This document shows, one piece after another, positions 28,769 through 39,406 of a stretch of 64,000 bases of DNA; position 1 is the first letter of the stretch; the number at the start of each line of letters is the position of its first letter. The translations under genes were made by a program, and so were the position numbers. The notes beneath the pieces were generated by a model, which saw nothing but the letters and a program-made list of their open reading frames with translations, was not told the DNA's origin and ran no database searches. The DNA lies in the sequence record DRR723986_9449, one strand, 5' to 3'.

Positions 28769-29224
28769 TCAGCGCGTAATTGTATCTTCTTCCAGGCCTG
28801 CCATTTGTGCAGGCGTAAGACCGAGCGCGCCAACCACACTATTGAAAAAATCAATTTCAAATGGGCTTACCTTGCCATCAACACGAATCAGTTGCGCCAG
28901 GGAATTCACCACAAGTTGGCGGTCGGCCAGGTCAATTTTAGATTTCACCTTTGACAAATATTTTTCAATGGTCGCCTCTTTATAAAGATCAGAAATGGCG
29001 GCGATGCGGATGTCCTGCGTACTAACATCTGAACCGGTGGCTTCTTTAATAACACCTTGGGCGACTTCAACCTCAACCGGATCAATGTTGTGGTCTGCGC
29101 TGGTAGCGCGCGCCAGCGTCATAAGAAGAACTTCCTCCACAAGCATCTTCTTGTCTTCCGCAGACATTTCTTTGTCACTAAAGCGGAACAGCTCCAAGAT
29201 ATGGCTCAAACTTGAAATGCTCAT
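28769..29224 (-). CDS. TerB-family protein
   Basis: Duplicated motifs ADHNIDPVE and VDGKVSPFE, ending ...GALGL. Confidence 0.8.
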   Translation of the reverse strand: MSISSLSHILELFRFSDKEMSAEDKKMLVEEVLLMTLARATSADHNIDPVEVEVAQGVIKEATGSDVSTQDIRIAAISDLYKEATIEKYLSKVKSKIDLADRQLVVNSLAQLIRVDGKVSPFEIDFFNSVVGALGLTPAQMAGLEEDTITR

Positions 29225-29437
29225 TAGTACGTCCTTCCCCTGTCCAAAAGCAGTTCTTTCAACCAGCTTTTGATTGTTAATATATCCCTAGTGGCATCAT
29301 TCAGTTCTTTGCATTTACCCAGACCAAACAATGTGCCTTGTTTTGATACCAACGCAAAATGGGTCTCGGGTCAAGCATCTGTCTGCCCAAAAACGCCAAA
29401 ACTGCGTTTTTTATCAATCAGATTCGCAACAATCATC

Positions 29438-30403
29438 TTATTTTAGCGCCGCTTCGCTAATCTGCCATAAGCGGTCCGCGCCCGCTTCGTCGACCGCCCA
29501 AGGCGCAACATCAAAAAAACGCGGCGATTCGTCCGTCATCAAATTGGCAATATCGCAATCTTCACAATACAAGCCACCGTGGTCAGTTATCTGCGCTGAA
29601 GTGGCACACCAAACACTTGTAGCGGCCCCGCCAGCGGGCGACTTGAACATTTTACTTGCCACTTCTGAAACATTGCCGTTTTCATCTGTCCAACCCATGG
29701 CAACCATTTCTTCAACCGGTAAATGACGCTGCAACGGCGTTAATATACCGCCTGGGTGTACAGAATAAGCCAGCAAGCCCTCGCCGCCATACCTCGCCTG
29801 CAATCCAACCGCAAACAGTGCGTTCGCGGTTTTTGCCTGACCATATGCTTTCCATTTGTCATAGGGGTTGGCGGTGAAATGAATATCATCCCAGCGGATA
29901 TCACTTTGTTTATGTGCGATTGAGGAAAGACTTACAATACGCGGCGCAGAAGCCTTAAGAATCGCCGGCATCAAGCGCGTCGTCATGAAGAAATGGCCTA
30001 AATGATTTACACCGAATTGCGCTTCCCAGTTATCGCCCACCCGCGTTTCAGGGCAGGCCATAATAGCGGCGTTATTTATCAAAATATCAACCGCATCATC
30101 GTTTTCGATAAAATCATCGGTAAACTTGGCAATACTGTTTTGATCAGCAAGGTCCATTGCTGCCACAACCACTTTATCGCCGAACTCATACAGTGCATCT
30201 GCAGCGACTTCGGGTCGGCGTGCAGGCACATAGGCTTTCGCACCTGCCCCTACGAGCGCTCGCACTGTCTCAATACCAAGACCTGAGTATCCACCGGTTA
30301 CAATGGCGGTTTTGCCGGAAAGGTCTTGGCCAGACAGCACCTCTGCGGCAGTTGTCTTCATCCCAAACCCAGAGCCAATTTTTGCCTGTTTGTCTTTGTT
30401 CAT
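29438..30403 (-). CDS. SDR oxidoreductase (retinol dehydrogenase/WWOX-like)
   Basis: TGGYSGLG, NNAAIMACP, FGVNHLGHF, YGQAKTAN, VHPGGI.T.L.RH. Confidence 0.92.
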   Translation of the reverse strand: MNKDKQAKIGSGFGMKTTAAEVLSGQDLSGKTAIVTGGYSGLGIETVRALVGAGAKAYVPARRPEVAADALYEFGDKVVVAAMDLADQNSIAKFTDDFIENDDAVDILINNAAIMACPETRVGDNWEAQFGVNHLGHFFMTTRLMPAILKASAPRIVSLSSIAHKQSDIRWDDIHFTANPYDKWKAYGQAKTANALFAVGLQARYGGEGLLAYSVHPGGILTPLQRHLPVEEMVAMGWTDENGNVSEVASKMFKSPAGGAATSVWCATSAQITDHGGLYCEDCDIANLMTDESPRFFDVAPWAVDEAGADRLWQISEAALK

Positions 30404-30546
30404 TCATGTCTCTCCCTCACTCAACCAAGTAATACGTTTGACCCGGCTTTCAACAAGCAGAAAAATGAACGACCCACCTTGCCTTGTTTTCAACAGCAGC
30501 ATAACCCATCTAAATAAGTATAATTAAGAAACAAAGGGGACAAGCA

Positions 30547-31092
30547 TTGGCCAAACGCCTACCAGAAATTATTGAGGATATCCGCCAAAAACTAATTGGC
30601 GGCGAAAGCACACAAACCTGGAGCGAAAATGCCACCTCCGCATACAGCGCCACCGTCGAGGGGCTGAAGGATTTCAGCGGTGACACGCTGGGCAAAACCG
30701 CTGCCCGGTTTAACGAAGCCCTGCCCTACATCGAGCGCGCAGGCTATGATGTCACCGAAATTGAAGTAGGTCTCGGCCTATCACCGAAGGTGGTGCCACA
30801 CTTAAAGCTACGGGAACTCATTGATGAGCCTGAGAAATTAGCGTTGTTGGAAGAAACCAAAGACAAGAAGCTAATAAATACAATTCTAAGCTCCTTATTC
30901 AGGGCAAGTGCCGCGCGTAGTAAATTGAATTTCAAGAAATTCCACTTTGACAACATTGAGCTGGAGCTCAGCATTCTGCCAACTGTGGTGCTGAAATTTC
31001 GCCCCAATGACGCGGATCAGCTGATTTCGGGCGAACCTGCGCCCCTGAATTCTGCGCTTATAGATCCAGATACAAACAAAGAGTCACAATAA
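30547..31092 (+). CDS. Hypothetical protein
   Basis: 181-aa ORF with TTG start after AGGGGA, filling the gap between annotated genes. No family recognised. Confidence 0.65.
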   Translation: MAKRLPEIIEDIRQKLIGGESTQTWSENATSAYSATVEGLKDFSGDTLGKTAARFNEALPYIERAGYDVTEIEVGLGLSPKVVPHLKLRELIDEPEKLALLEETKDKKLINTILSSLFRASAARSKLNFKKFHFDNIELELSILPTVVLKFRPNDADQLISGEPAPLNSALIDPDTNKESQ

Positions 31093-31106
31093 GCCCACAT
31101 TGGAGC

Positions 31107-31652
31107 TTACTTTAGAAAATCTTCAACCGCGGATTTATGGTGCGCTGCTTCTTCAACATAATAGCGCGTGCCTGCCAGCATCGCGAGATCTTCGCCGGGT
31201 TTCAGGTCTCTGAACTTTCTCGCAGGAAGACCAGCCCACATTTCACCGCTCGGCAATGTTTTTCCTGCGCCTAAAAAAGCACCTGCCGCTAAAAAACCAC
31301 CCGAAGCCACCGTGGCACCATCTAACACGGTTGCACACATGCCAACAAAGGCCCGGTCTTCAAGTGTGCATCCATGCAGCATGCATTTATGGCCTACAAG
31401 AACATCATCCCCAATTATACAAGGGGTACCGCCGTGGCTGGGTTCGTCCACATGAATAATGGTGCCATCCTGAATATTACTGCCTTTGCCAATAACTATT
31501 CTATGAGCATCACCGCGTAGCACCGAGCCATACCAAATACTGGCGTCCGGCCCAATTTCTACATCACCAATCACCACTGCACCGGGCGCTATGAAAGCAC
31601 TGTCATGAATTTTAGGGGTCTTGCCGCCCAGCGGCATAATGAGAGGCTGCAT
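31107..31652 (-). CDS. Gamma carbonic anhydrase family (PaaY/YrdA-like) protein
   Basis: Hexapeptide repeats; VIGDV.IG...SIW...VLRGD, SNIQDG..IH, GH..MLHGC. Confidence 0.93.
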   Translation of the reverse strand: MQPLIMPLGGKTPKIHDSAFIAPGAVVIGDVEIGPDASIWYGSVLRGDAHRIVIGKGSNIQDGTIIHVDEPSHGGTPCIIGDDVLVGHKCMLHGCTLEDRAFVGMCATVLDGATVASGGFLAAGAFLGAGKTLPSGEMWAGLPARKFRDLKPGEDLAMLAGTRYYVEEAAHHKSAVEDFLK

Positions 31653-31747
31653 ACTATGGTCTTTCGAATAGGTACAAAAAAAACACTATGCCGCTTAGAG
31701 CATACGCCCGCAACGGCAATAGTGCCTTTTAATTCATAGAAGTGGGA

Positions 31748-32575
31748 TTACTCGGCTGGCTTAACAACCGTTTCTTTGCTGCCCTTAGTAGCACCGACCA
31801 GAGGCCACAGCATAAGTTGCGCGCCAGAAATTTCGTTAAGATTTTCTACACCGTATTCAGTGGGAAACTTGCGTGTAATTTTGGCCGTGCCAAATATGAC
31901 ATCCCACAGAAAAAAGAAATTACCGAAATTGCCTTTATAGTTGGTAATGCGGTCTTCCTTATGACGCCCATGATGCGCGGAATGCGTTGCCGGTGTAGAA
32001 ATTGTGCGCTCAATCACCCACATGACAGGGCTCAACCACTTAACCTTGTACAAAGGCTCGTCCCAATGAACGCTGGAGTGTGCTGTGATAATCACAATTT
32101 GCTTCGCAACGACGTAAAAGGCATAAACCTCGCCCAATCCCAGATAAACCAGCATCGCCGCAATCCACAAACTGGGCATTAGGAAATAGTAGAAAAAACC
32201 GTTCCGGTAGACAATCCGGCTGTTGAGATAGTCCGCGTCGTGATGGGCCCTATGCAAGTTATATAGCACCGGAAACATATGGGTTGTTCGGTGCCACCAA
32301 TATTGCATCATGTCTTCCCCGACCATCAGCATCACAAACATCAACCACGCCGGCAAATGAGACAGCGCCCCCGCATGCTCGGGGAAAAAGCTTGCGGCTA
32401 TACTAGACGCCCCAATAACAACCAGCGGCGGTGCGAAGAAAAACACGTTGGCGGTTGAAAACAGTTCAATCACCACGTCGCGTGTTTTCGTATGCTCTTT
32501 CTCGACAAAACGGCCAAAGGCAATTTCGATCAACATTACCAAAAAAAACGCACCTAAAATAATAACTGGGTCCAT
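31748..32575 (-). CDS. Sterol desaturase/fatty acid hydroxylase family membrane di-iron enzyme
   Basis: His boxes YWWHRTTH, HRAHH and HSAHH; NFGN...WD..FGT. Confidence 0.9.
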   Translation of the reverse strand: MDPVIILGAFFLVMLIEIAFGRFVEKEHTKTRDVVIELFSTANVFFFAPPLVVIGASSIAASFFPEHAGALSHLPAWLMFVMLMVGEDMMQYWWHRTTHMFPVLYNLHRAHHDADYLNSRIVYRNGFFYYFLMPSLWIAAMLVYLGLGEVYAFYVVAKQIVIITAHSSVHWDEPLYKVKWLSPVMWVIERTISTPATHSAHHGRHKEDRITNYKGNFGNFFFLWDVIFGTAKITRKFPTEYGVENLNEISGAQLMLWPLVGATKGSKETVVKPAE

Positions 32576-32658
32576 GGTTTATCTCCTCTGACAAAACCAT
32601 AGCGATTTCATTTAATAAAATTTAGTGATATATATTCACTATTACATAACTATTGGTA

Positions 32659-33561
32659 ATGTTTATACTGAATATCCGACAATTGCGCCACTTAGTCGCC
32701 ATAGCAGACGCAGGCACACTGCAAAAAGCTTCAGAAAAACTGCATATTACCCAGCCTGCGCTAACCAAAAGCATGCAAGCGTTGGAGTATGATCTGGACG
32801 CCAAGCTATTTGAACGTGTTGGTCGAAAATTAAAGCTTACCAGCATCGGCGAAGAATTGGTCAAAAACGGCCGGCGCATTCTCAGGTCGGTCCGCGATAC
32901 AGAAGATATGGTCAACGCATGGCGCAGCGGTGATTCCGGCCAAATCTCTATTGGATTAGGCCCCGCTTATACCGTTTTGCTTTCTGCCAATTTAGTTGAA
33001 AAAATACTGATGGACCACGGCCCTGTTCGTTTACAAATAGAAACAGGCGATACAGAAACGCTGCTCGCAAAACTATTAAACGATGACCTGCATATGGCAG
33101 TGTGCGATCTGGCGTTTGAGCCCACAGACCCTGACATATTGGCTATAAATTTAAAGCCGCAATCTATAGTCGGGCTGGTACGCCCTGCCCATCCATTGGC
33201 TGGCGAACAGAGTGTCCCCATGCGCGTGTTAGGCAAATTCCCTATCGCTCATAGCCCGGCCCCGGCACAATTTACTGACTTTAGCACCGGTTTGGCTGGC
33301 CTCAACAGCGACAATCAGGAAACCGTGTGCCTTTCAAACAATTATGACGCCTTCGCGCAAACATCAAAAACAACTGATCTGATCACCTTGATGCCGGAAA
33401 ACCTGGCGCAGTTTTATGTAAAGTCACTAGGCTTGCAAACCATCACGCTCGCTGACATTCCACAAAAGTCATCCCCTAAAATCTTGGTTCGGCAGCGCGG
33501 CAAACTACTTCCGCCAATTGGGCAAAAAGTTATTGACCATATCCAAAATTTATTTGGTTGA
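32659..33561 (+). CDS. LysR-family transcriptional regulator
   Basis: LRHLVAIA..GTL..AS..LHITQPALTKS...LE......LFER; divergent from the desaturase gene. Confidence 0.93.
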   Translation: MFILNIRQLRHLVAIADAGTLQKASEKLHITQPALTKSMQALEYDLDAKLFERVGRKLKLTSIGEELVKNGRRILRSVRDTEDMVNAWRSGDSGQISIGLGPAYTVLLSANLVEKILMDHGPVRLQIETGDTETLLAKLLNDDLHMAVCDLAFEPTDPDILAINLKPQSIVGLVRPAHPLAGEQSVPMRVLGKFPIAHSPAPAQFTDFSTGLAGLNSDNQETVCLSNNYDAFAQTSKTTDLITLMPENLAQFYVKSLGLQTITLADIPQKSSPKILVRQRGKLLPPIGQKVIDHIQNLFG

Positions 33562-33569
33562 AGGTATGA

Positions 33570-34484
33570 TTAAAGTGCTTGGTCTCGCGAATGATGCAGC
33601 ATCAAAATGCCTTGTACAAATGCATCATCGGCAGGCACAGCGGTAACGCTGTTGCCGCGCTCGGTTAGCGCCGCCATATAGCGTTGGTTAAGACCGTCGC
33701 TGCCTACCAGTAAAACAGAAAGAGCATTGCCGAGCACTTTCTGAACAGCGTCCAGCTCGCTGCCAATTACCATGCCCGAAAGATAACTTTCAGCAGATGC
33801 ACAGGCTAAATTTCCAAGCAAAACATCTGCACGAACCGAGAAAAGATTATGCAACAAGCCACCAACGCCTTTGGCGGCAGCAAGGCCGGCCAAAAAACTG
33901 GCCTGATCAAAGCTTGTTTCTTCTATAACAAGGCCAATAGAGCTTTGACGGCGCAGGAGGGCATAGATTTCGCCCGTCATAAATGTTGTCACTGATTGAA
34001 TAGCACCGTCTTTTACGGCGCACCACTTGCTGTGGGTGCCGGGCAGGCAAACCAGTGCATCTCTTATGCCCTGAACACGCAATGCACCAAATATCTGAAC
34101 TTCTTCGCCGCGCATTACATCGTCGCCGTCAAAGAAGTTGTCGCCACAAACACCGGGTACAATCTGAATGTTGAGACCAGCGTTATTTTTAACACTGGCG
34201 CAAAACGCCGAGAGTGTTTCAACAGACGCAGGACACGCTCGGTAAGGTACTTCTTGCCAGCCATTTCGACTGCCAATAGCACCACTCATGATAATCGGTA
34301 AATCCGGTGTCTCTTTTAGCCATTCACCACAATTTTCCATCAAAATCTGGAAAAAAAGGCCATTTTTAATAGAAAAGACCCCGTCATTTGAACTTTTACT
34401 CGTAATGATGCCGCCGTGTTGATCCAGCAAAAATGCCCTAAAGGCGCTGGAGCCCCAATCAATCGCTATGAGCGAAGCCGCCAC
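33570..34484 (-). CDS. dgoK: 2-dehydro-3-deoxygalactonokinase
   Basis: IDWGSS.FRA, GAIGSRNGW.EVPY, DVMRGEEVQI, LPGTHSKW, TFMTGE. Confidence 0.93.
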   Translation of the reverse strand: MAASLIAIDWGSSAFRAFLLDQHGGIITSKSSNDGVFSIKNGLFFQILMENCGEWLKETPDLPIIMSGAIGSRNGWQEVPYRACPASVETLSAFCASVKNNAGLNIQIVPGVCGDNFFDGDDVMRGEEVQIFGALRVQGIRDALVCLPGTHSKWCAVKDGAIQSVTTFMTGEIYALLRRQSSIGLVIEETSFDQASFLAGLAAAKGVGGLLHNLFSVRADVLLGNLACASAESYLSGMVIGSELDAVQKVLGNALSVLLVGSDGLNQRYMAALTERGNSVTAVPADDAFVQGILMLHHSRDQAL

Positions 34485-35245
34485 TAAACCCGTCCGCCAT
34501 CAATGATAAGCGATTGCCCAGTAATCATTGCCGAAGCAGATGACGCCAAAAACAAGGCTGAGTTAGAAACATCCTCTTCGCTGATTGTTCGCTTCAAGCT
34601 TTGCTGCGCTAAACATTCCTCAACGGCCTCAGGGGTGGCCCACAGCTCTTTTTGCCGTTCGGTCAGTACCCAGCCAGGAATAAGGGCATTAACCCGTATG
34701 TCATGCGGCCCTAGTTCGCGCGCCAAAGCCTTGGTCAGACCGATAATACCGGCTTTCGCCGTCACATAAGAGGCATATCCCGCCAGGCCCAAAATTGCTG
34801 AATTTGAGCCCAGATTAATAATGCTACCGCCGTGCCGTTTCATGTCTGGCAGGCAGGCTTGCGCGGTAAAAAAATGTGGCCGCAAGTTTATGTCCATCGA
34901 ATCGTCCCAGCTTTCAGTGCTGTAATTCTCAAGATCATGACGCGCATCGCGTGCCGCATTATTGATCAGCGTATTTATCGGCCCAAAATGCTCCCTAGTG
35001 CGTTCAATCGCCGCCTGCAAAGCATTTACACCGCGAATATCGCACTGGATATACAGAGGCCGCATACCATGCTTCTTCTCCACTTGATCACACAAGGCCT
35101 CAGCCGGCTCTGCGGTGAGCGAAACAAACGCAACCTGGGCGCCTTGTGCGGTGAAAGCGTCAACAAATGAGGCTCCGATGCCTGATCCACCGCCCGTAAT
35201 AAAAACTGTTGAACCTTTCAGGTCCGCATAGTGTGGATAGGTCAT
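34484..35245 (-). CDS. SDR aldose 1-dehydrogenase (probable D-galactose dehydrogenase; Caulobacter XylB-like)
   Basis: Y.DL.G..VFITGGGSGIG, NNAARDARH, Y..AKAG, PGWVLTERQ..LW; coupled to dgoK. Confidence 0.82.
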   Translation of the reverse strand: MTYPHYADLKGSTVFITGGGSGIGASFVDAFTAQGAQVAFVSLTAEPAEALCDQVEKKHGMRPLYIQCDIRGVNALQAAIERTREHFGPINTLINNAARDARHDLENYSTESWDDSMDINLRPHFFTAQACLPDMKRHGGSIINLGSNSAILGLAGYASYVTAKAGIIGLTKALARELGPHDIRVNALIPGWVLTERQKELWATPEAVEECLAQQSLKRTISEEDVSNSALFLASSASAMITGQSLIIDGGRV

Positions 35246-35459
35246 GAACCAAGTACCCTGTGCGTTATAATCAGCCTGAAATGGCCAATAATATATGTTG
35301 CAAAAACCTGCGCCAGCGCCCGCGCGGGCATTGTTGTTTTTTAATCATATATATCATAATAATGAATCTGAAAACTGCGTATGGCCTTAAAAGTCATTCG
35401 AAAAAACCAGCACACCTAAAACGCATTCAAGGTGCAATCTTCCTCATGGCTCACACTTT

Positions 35460-36380
35460 ATGAATCACGCCTTTAAGCAAATTGACGAAATCGCAGTGAA
35501 CAACAGCTTGGGTGAAGGTGTGCAATGGCGGATCGCTGATCAGTCGGTTTGGTGGACTGATATTCTGGAAAATAAACTTTACCGCTACGAATGGCCAAGT
35601 AAGGCCCTGCATGTGATCGATGTGCCAGAACCGCTAGGTTCTTTTGCATTCACTGACCGGCCTTCGGTGATTCTAGCAGCTTTTGCCTCTGGCTTTGCGT
35701 ATTTTAACTGGGAAAACGGCGCCATAAGCTGGCTGCACCAACCAGCGTTTTTACCCGGAGAAGGTCGCTTTAATGATGGCCGCGCCGACCGCCAAGGACG
35801 GTTTTGGTGTGGTACCATGATGGCGAACCCTGAAGCCCCTATTCCGGCAACAGGAAGGCTGTTTTGCCTAGACACGGACCACAATATTTCGGTGCATGAA
35901 AACGGCATAAGCATATCAAACGGCATTGGCTGGAGCCCTGACAGCAGCACATTATATTATGCTGATTCCATGCGCGGCAACATATACCACTATGCTTTTG
36001 ACGCCGCCACTGGCACGATTTCAGACCAACAGTTATTTGCCCGTGTACCGCGCGGCGGCGGCCCTGACGGTGCAGCAGTGGATGCAAAAGGCAGAGTTTG
36101 GAGTGCGCAGTGGGCCGCAAGTAAAATACTGGCATTTGACCCAACGGGCGAGGTCGTCGGCGAACAACCCGTGCCTGCAAGTCAACCCACCTGCGTTGCA
36201 TTTGGAGGTCCAGATTTAAATTTGATGATTGTAACGTCTGCCCATGATGGCCTGTCTGAGGAACAGAGAAAGAAAGAACCCTCGGCAGGAAATGTCTTTA
36301 TCTTCGAAACCGATATCGTCGGTTTGCCAGAAGAGACATACAAAGGCGCGGCGCCTAGTCTCAGCGCAGGGAGACAATAG
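35460..36380 (+). CDS. SMP-30/gluconolactonase family protein (probable galactonolactonase)
   Basis: LGEG..W, RFNDG, ISNGIGWSPD, PDGAAVD, PTCVAFGG. Confidence 0.9.
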   Translation: MNHAFKQIDEIAVNNSLGEGVQWRIADQSVWWTDILENKLYRYEWPSKALHVIDVPEPLGSFAFTDRPSVILAAFASGFAYFNWENGAISWLHQPAFLPGEGRFNDGRADRQGRFWCGTMMANPEAPIPATGRLFCLDTDHNISVHENGISISNGIGWSPDSSTLYYADSMRGNIYHYAFDAATGTISDQQLFARVPRGGGPDGAAVDAKGRVWSAQWAASKILAFDPTGEVVGEQPVPASQPTCVAFGGPDLNLMIVTSAHDGLSEEQRKKEPSAGNVFIFETDIVGLPEETYKGAAPSLSAGRQ

Positions 36381-36384
36381 ACCC

Positions 36385-37098
36385 ATGAGCCTCTCATCTC
36401 AAAGCTTAACCCAGCAAATTGTCAACGAACTTGGTTTGTCTATTGTTCAGGGAAAATATAGTGCCACAAACCCGTTCCCCATTGAAGCGGATCTGTGCGC
36501 ACAATTTGGGGTGAGCCGCAGCGTACTGCGTGAGGCGGTTAAGATGTTAACCTCGAAAGGCCTACTACGCGCCCGCCCCCGGCAAGGCACATGGGTACAG
36601 CCTGAACAATCCTGGAACCTTTTGGACCCAGACGTGCTGCGCTGGCTGTTGGACCGAAAATTTTCAATTGAATTATTAAGCGAGTTTACCGAAATCCGGC
36701 TGGCGGTAGAACCTCAAGCCGCCGCCTTTGCAGCGGTAAGAGCAACGGTCGATGAAAAACAGGCTATCGCCAACGCTTTATCCCGCATGCAAGCAGCGGA
36801 ACGCGGCGATGATGACGCGCTTTCGTCAGATATCGCTTTTCATGTGGCCGTCTTGGAAGCCAGCGGCAACCGCTTTTTTAGCCAATTAAAAGACTTGGTA
36901 GAAACTGCGCTCAAAATAAGTATTCGTCTGACCAATCAGTACAAGGGGGTGGCGCTCGCCAGCGTGGAAGACCACAAAAAAGTGTTAGACGCCATCATGT
37001 CCAGCGATAGTGACGGTGCATATGCAGCAAGCCGCGCATTGGTAAAAGAAGCTAATGACCTGATCGCAGAAGCAAAGCATGGCCCACCCAAAAAATGA
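36385..37098 (+). CDS. GntR/FadR-family regulator (DgoR-like)
   Basis: Likely start at ATG 36385. P.EADLC..FGVSRSVLREAVK.L..KGL...RP..GT, WNLLDPDVL.W, FCD domain DIAFH and SGN. Confidence 0.9.
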   Translation: MSLSSQSLTQQIVNELGLSIVQGKYSATNPFPIEADLCAQFGVSRSVLREAVKMLTSKGLLRARPRQGTWVQPEQSWNLLDPDVLRWLLDRKFSIELLSEFTEIRLAVEPQAAAFAAVRATVDEKQAIANALSRMQAAERGDDDALSSDIAFHVAVLEASGNRFFSQLKDLVETALKISIRLTNQYKGVALASVEDHKKVLDAIMSSDSDGAYAASRALVKEANDLIAEAKHGPPKK

Positions 37099-37113
37099 CG
37101 CGTAAGCGCACGC

Positions 37114-39243
37114 TTAATCAACCGAACTGAGGTAAAATACCAAACTTGTTTCAGGCAGCATTATCGGCAACTGCAGCCCCACTTTCATGAGCATATCACC
37201 CGAATAAACTCTACCATACTCAAAGGGCTGATCCGCAGCACTTTGCTGTGAAGACATATAGGGCCAAACCAAGTCCAGTTGATACTGCGTTTCAGGGTTA
37301 AGCGACGTAAAACGAAGCGTTTCCGGAACAGTGGCTGTACGGGCTGAAATTTGCGAATAGGAAACAATCGATTCCCCTTTATCAGCTGCTAAAATCGCAA
37401 ACGCCGAGGCACAAGCGGGCGTTTCCAAGCGTACCAATTCACCGGCGTGAATCAGATGCCGATAACGTTTCTGAACCGCAACAGCGGTCTTAATTGTCTC
37501 CGCTTCTTCCTGTGTGAGTTCCGTCAGGTCACATTCTATGCCCATATGGCCAAACAGCGCGGTGGCTGCCTGCAATTCCGCCGACAGAGTTCGCCCGGTA
37601 ATATGACAATTCCGTGGACCAATGTGCGCGCCCATAATCTCACTTGGAAAAAAGAAAGAACAACCGCGCTGGATTGACAACCGGTCAAGTGCATCATTGC
37701 TATCAGATGTCCAAATACGATCAGTGTGCGCCAGTATGCCGTAATCCGCCCGGCCACCGCCAGACGCGCAACTTTCAATCTCAACCATCGGGTGCTTTGC
37801 CCGAACTTTTTTCAGCAATGCGTATAGTGCCTTAACTTGCCTGTGGACGGCGGGGCTGCCATCACTGCCGGGGTGATGAATATCCCGGTTCATATCCCAT
37901 TTTAAGTAAGCAATATCATTTTCAGTTAGAAGGGCATCTAACCGCTCGAACAAATAATCGGTCACCTCTGGCTTGCTGAGATCAAGCGCCAACTGGTTAC
38001 GAAATGGAATTTGCTCTGCCGTTGTGGCAGACAATACCCAATCCGGATGAGTGCGGTATAGATCACTGTTCGGGTTAACCATTTCTGGCTCGACCCACAG
38101 GCCAAACTCCATACCCAGTGCTGTCACATGGTCTATAAGAGGGGTTAGTCCGTCAGGGTATATAACCTCATCCACAAACCAATCACCCAGACCGGCGCTA
38201 TCATTCCGTCGACCCTTAAACCAACCATCATCCAGCACAAACCGCTCAACACCTAGTTCAGCCGCTTTGCTGGCAAGCTGTTTTAGCTTTTCTGTGTCAT
38301 GGTCAAAATAGACCGCTTCCCATGTGTTGTAGTGCACAGGGCGCGGTTTGGCTTTTACAGCATCTGATTGTAGATGACCGCGAACATAGCGGTGGAATTT
38401 TTGCGAGAGGCCAGAAAAGCCTTTATCCGAATGGGCGCAGTAAAGCGTCGGTGTTTCATATGTGCCGCCTTGCTGGAGGATAATTTCACCGGGCAGTAAT
38501 AGTTCGCCCATTTGCAAGAAGGCACGGCCATCCGGCAATTTCTCTGCTACCACGCGGTGATTACCGCTCCATCCCAAATGAAACCCGACAACCGCGCCTG
38601 CGGTCTCTGTCGTGCTTTTAACGTGCGCCAATAGTCCCGGAAAATTATCATGCGATGTGCGCCCGCGACGGTTTTCCCGCGCATATATCCCGGTGAATTG
38701 TTCAATAGTTTGTCGCTGAAACTCATTGGCCCACCGACCGGTAAACCCGGTTAATTGATCAACATAATCCGGCAGCGGTACTGTCATTGAAGCACACCAC
38801 CCAAGCGACACGGCTTGGTTGCCCGCATTAGTAACCTGTGTACTTAGCTTGAGCACACCCGAGGATGGGTCCATAATAACGTTGTGGCGCAGTTCTATTT
38901 CATGCACCGCATCAAAAGCAGTTATGACAGCGCCGCCCTCAACGTGGTTAACCGCCTTAACCATAGCTGGGTTACAGTCCCATCCAAGCGTCCCTATACT
39001 AACAGAAAGGCCTGGTGACCCAAAAAAACCACTGCCTTGTGTTGGACACAGCGTAATGGGCACCTCAAACGGCGGCGATGCATGGCCAACGGGTCGGTGC
39101 AAAAGCGCCTTCACGCTCTTAGGCGAGCAGTCAGCAAGCTTCGCACCCCAATAAATGATCTGCGCACCGCGTTCAGTCAATTCAAGAATGAATGTTGTGC
39201 TTGTGCCTTCCAGCACAATCCATTTGTCAGCAGCCAACGTCAT
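37114..39243 (-). CDS. Alpha-galactosidase, GH36
   Basis: YNTWEA.YF, FVLDDGWF, FGLWVEPEMVN, YLKWDMNR, ESCASGGGR, WTSDSND. Confidence 0.95.
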   Translation of the reverse strand: MTLAADKWIVLEGTSTTFILELTERGAQIIYWGAKLADCSPKSVKALLHRPVGHASPPFEVPITLCPTQGSGFFGSPGLSVSIGTLGWDCNPAMVKAVNHVEGGAVITAFDAVHEIELRHNVIMDPSSGVLKLSTQVTNAGNQAVSLGWCASMTVPLPDYVDQLTGFTGRWANEFQRQTIEQFTGIYARENRRGRTSHDNFPGLLAHVKSTTETAGAVVGFHLGWSGNHRVVAEKLPDGRAFLQMGELLLPGEIILQQGGTYETPTLYCAHSDKGFSGLSQKFHRYVRGHLQSDAVKAKPRPVHYNTWEAVYFDHDTEKLKQLASKAAELGVERFVLDDGWFKGRRNDSAGLGDWFVDEVIYPDGLTPLIDHVTALGMEFGLWVEPEMVNPNSDLYRTHPDWVLSATTAEQIPFRNQLALDLSKPEVTDYLFERLDALLTENDIAYLKWDMNRDIHHPGSDGSPAVHRQVKALYALLKKVRAKHPMVEIESCASGGGRADYGILAHTDRIWTSDSNDALDRLSIQRGCSFFFPSEIMGAHIGPRNCHITGRTLSAELQAATALFGHMGIECDLTELTQEEAETIKTAVAVQKRYRHLIHAGELVRLETPACASAFAILAADKGESIVSYSQISARTATVPETLRFTSLNPETQYQLDLVWPYMSSQQSAADQPFEYGRVYSGDMLMKVGLQLPIMLPETSLVFYLSSVD

Positions 39244-39380
39244 ATTTTCATCCAGTGTTTTTCATGGGACTTGTCCGTACGGAAGTGTTGTAGCCTCAAA
39301 ACAATGAAGGTGTGCAGGTAATCTGACGGGTCCTATTGACGGACGCAAGTGATGATAATAGCTTGGGCCGAGGGCGCAAT

Positions 39381-39406
39381 AGTCATATAAATATTATTTT
39401 ATGACT
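39381..39406. promoter_or_regulatory. Inverted repeat, candidate DgoR-like operator between the divergent galactosidase genes
   Basis: AGTCATA-N12-TATGACT; contains TCATATAAAT, which also occurs (reverse strand) at 44484-44493 and as TCATATATAT at 35345. Confidence 0.55.
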
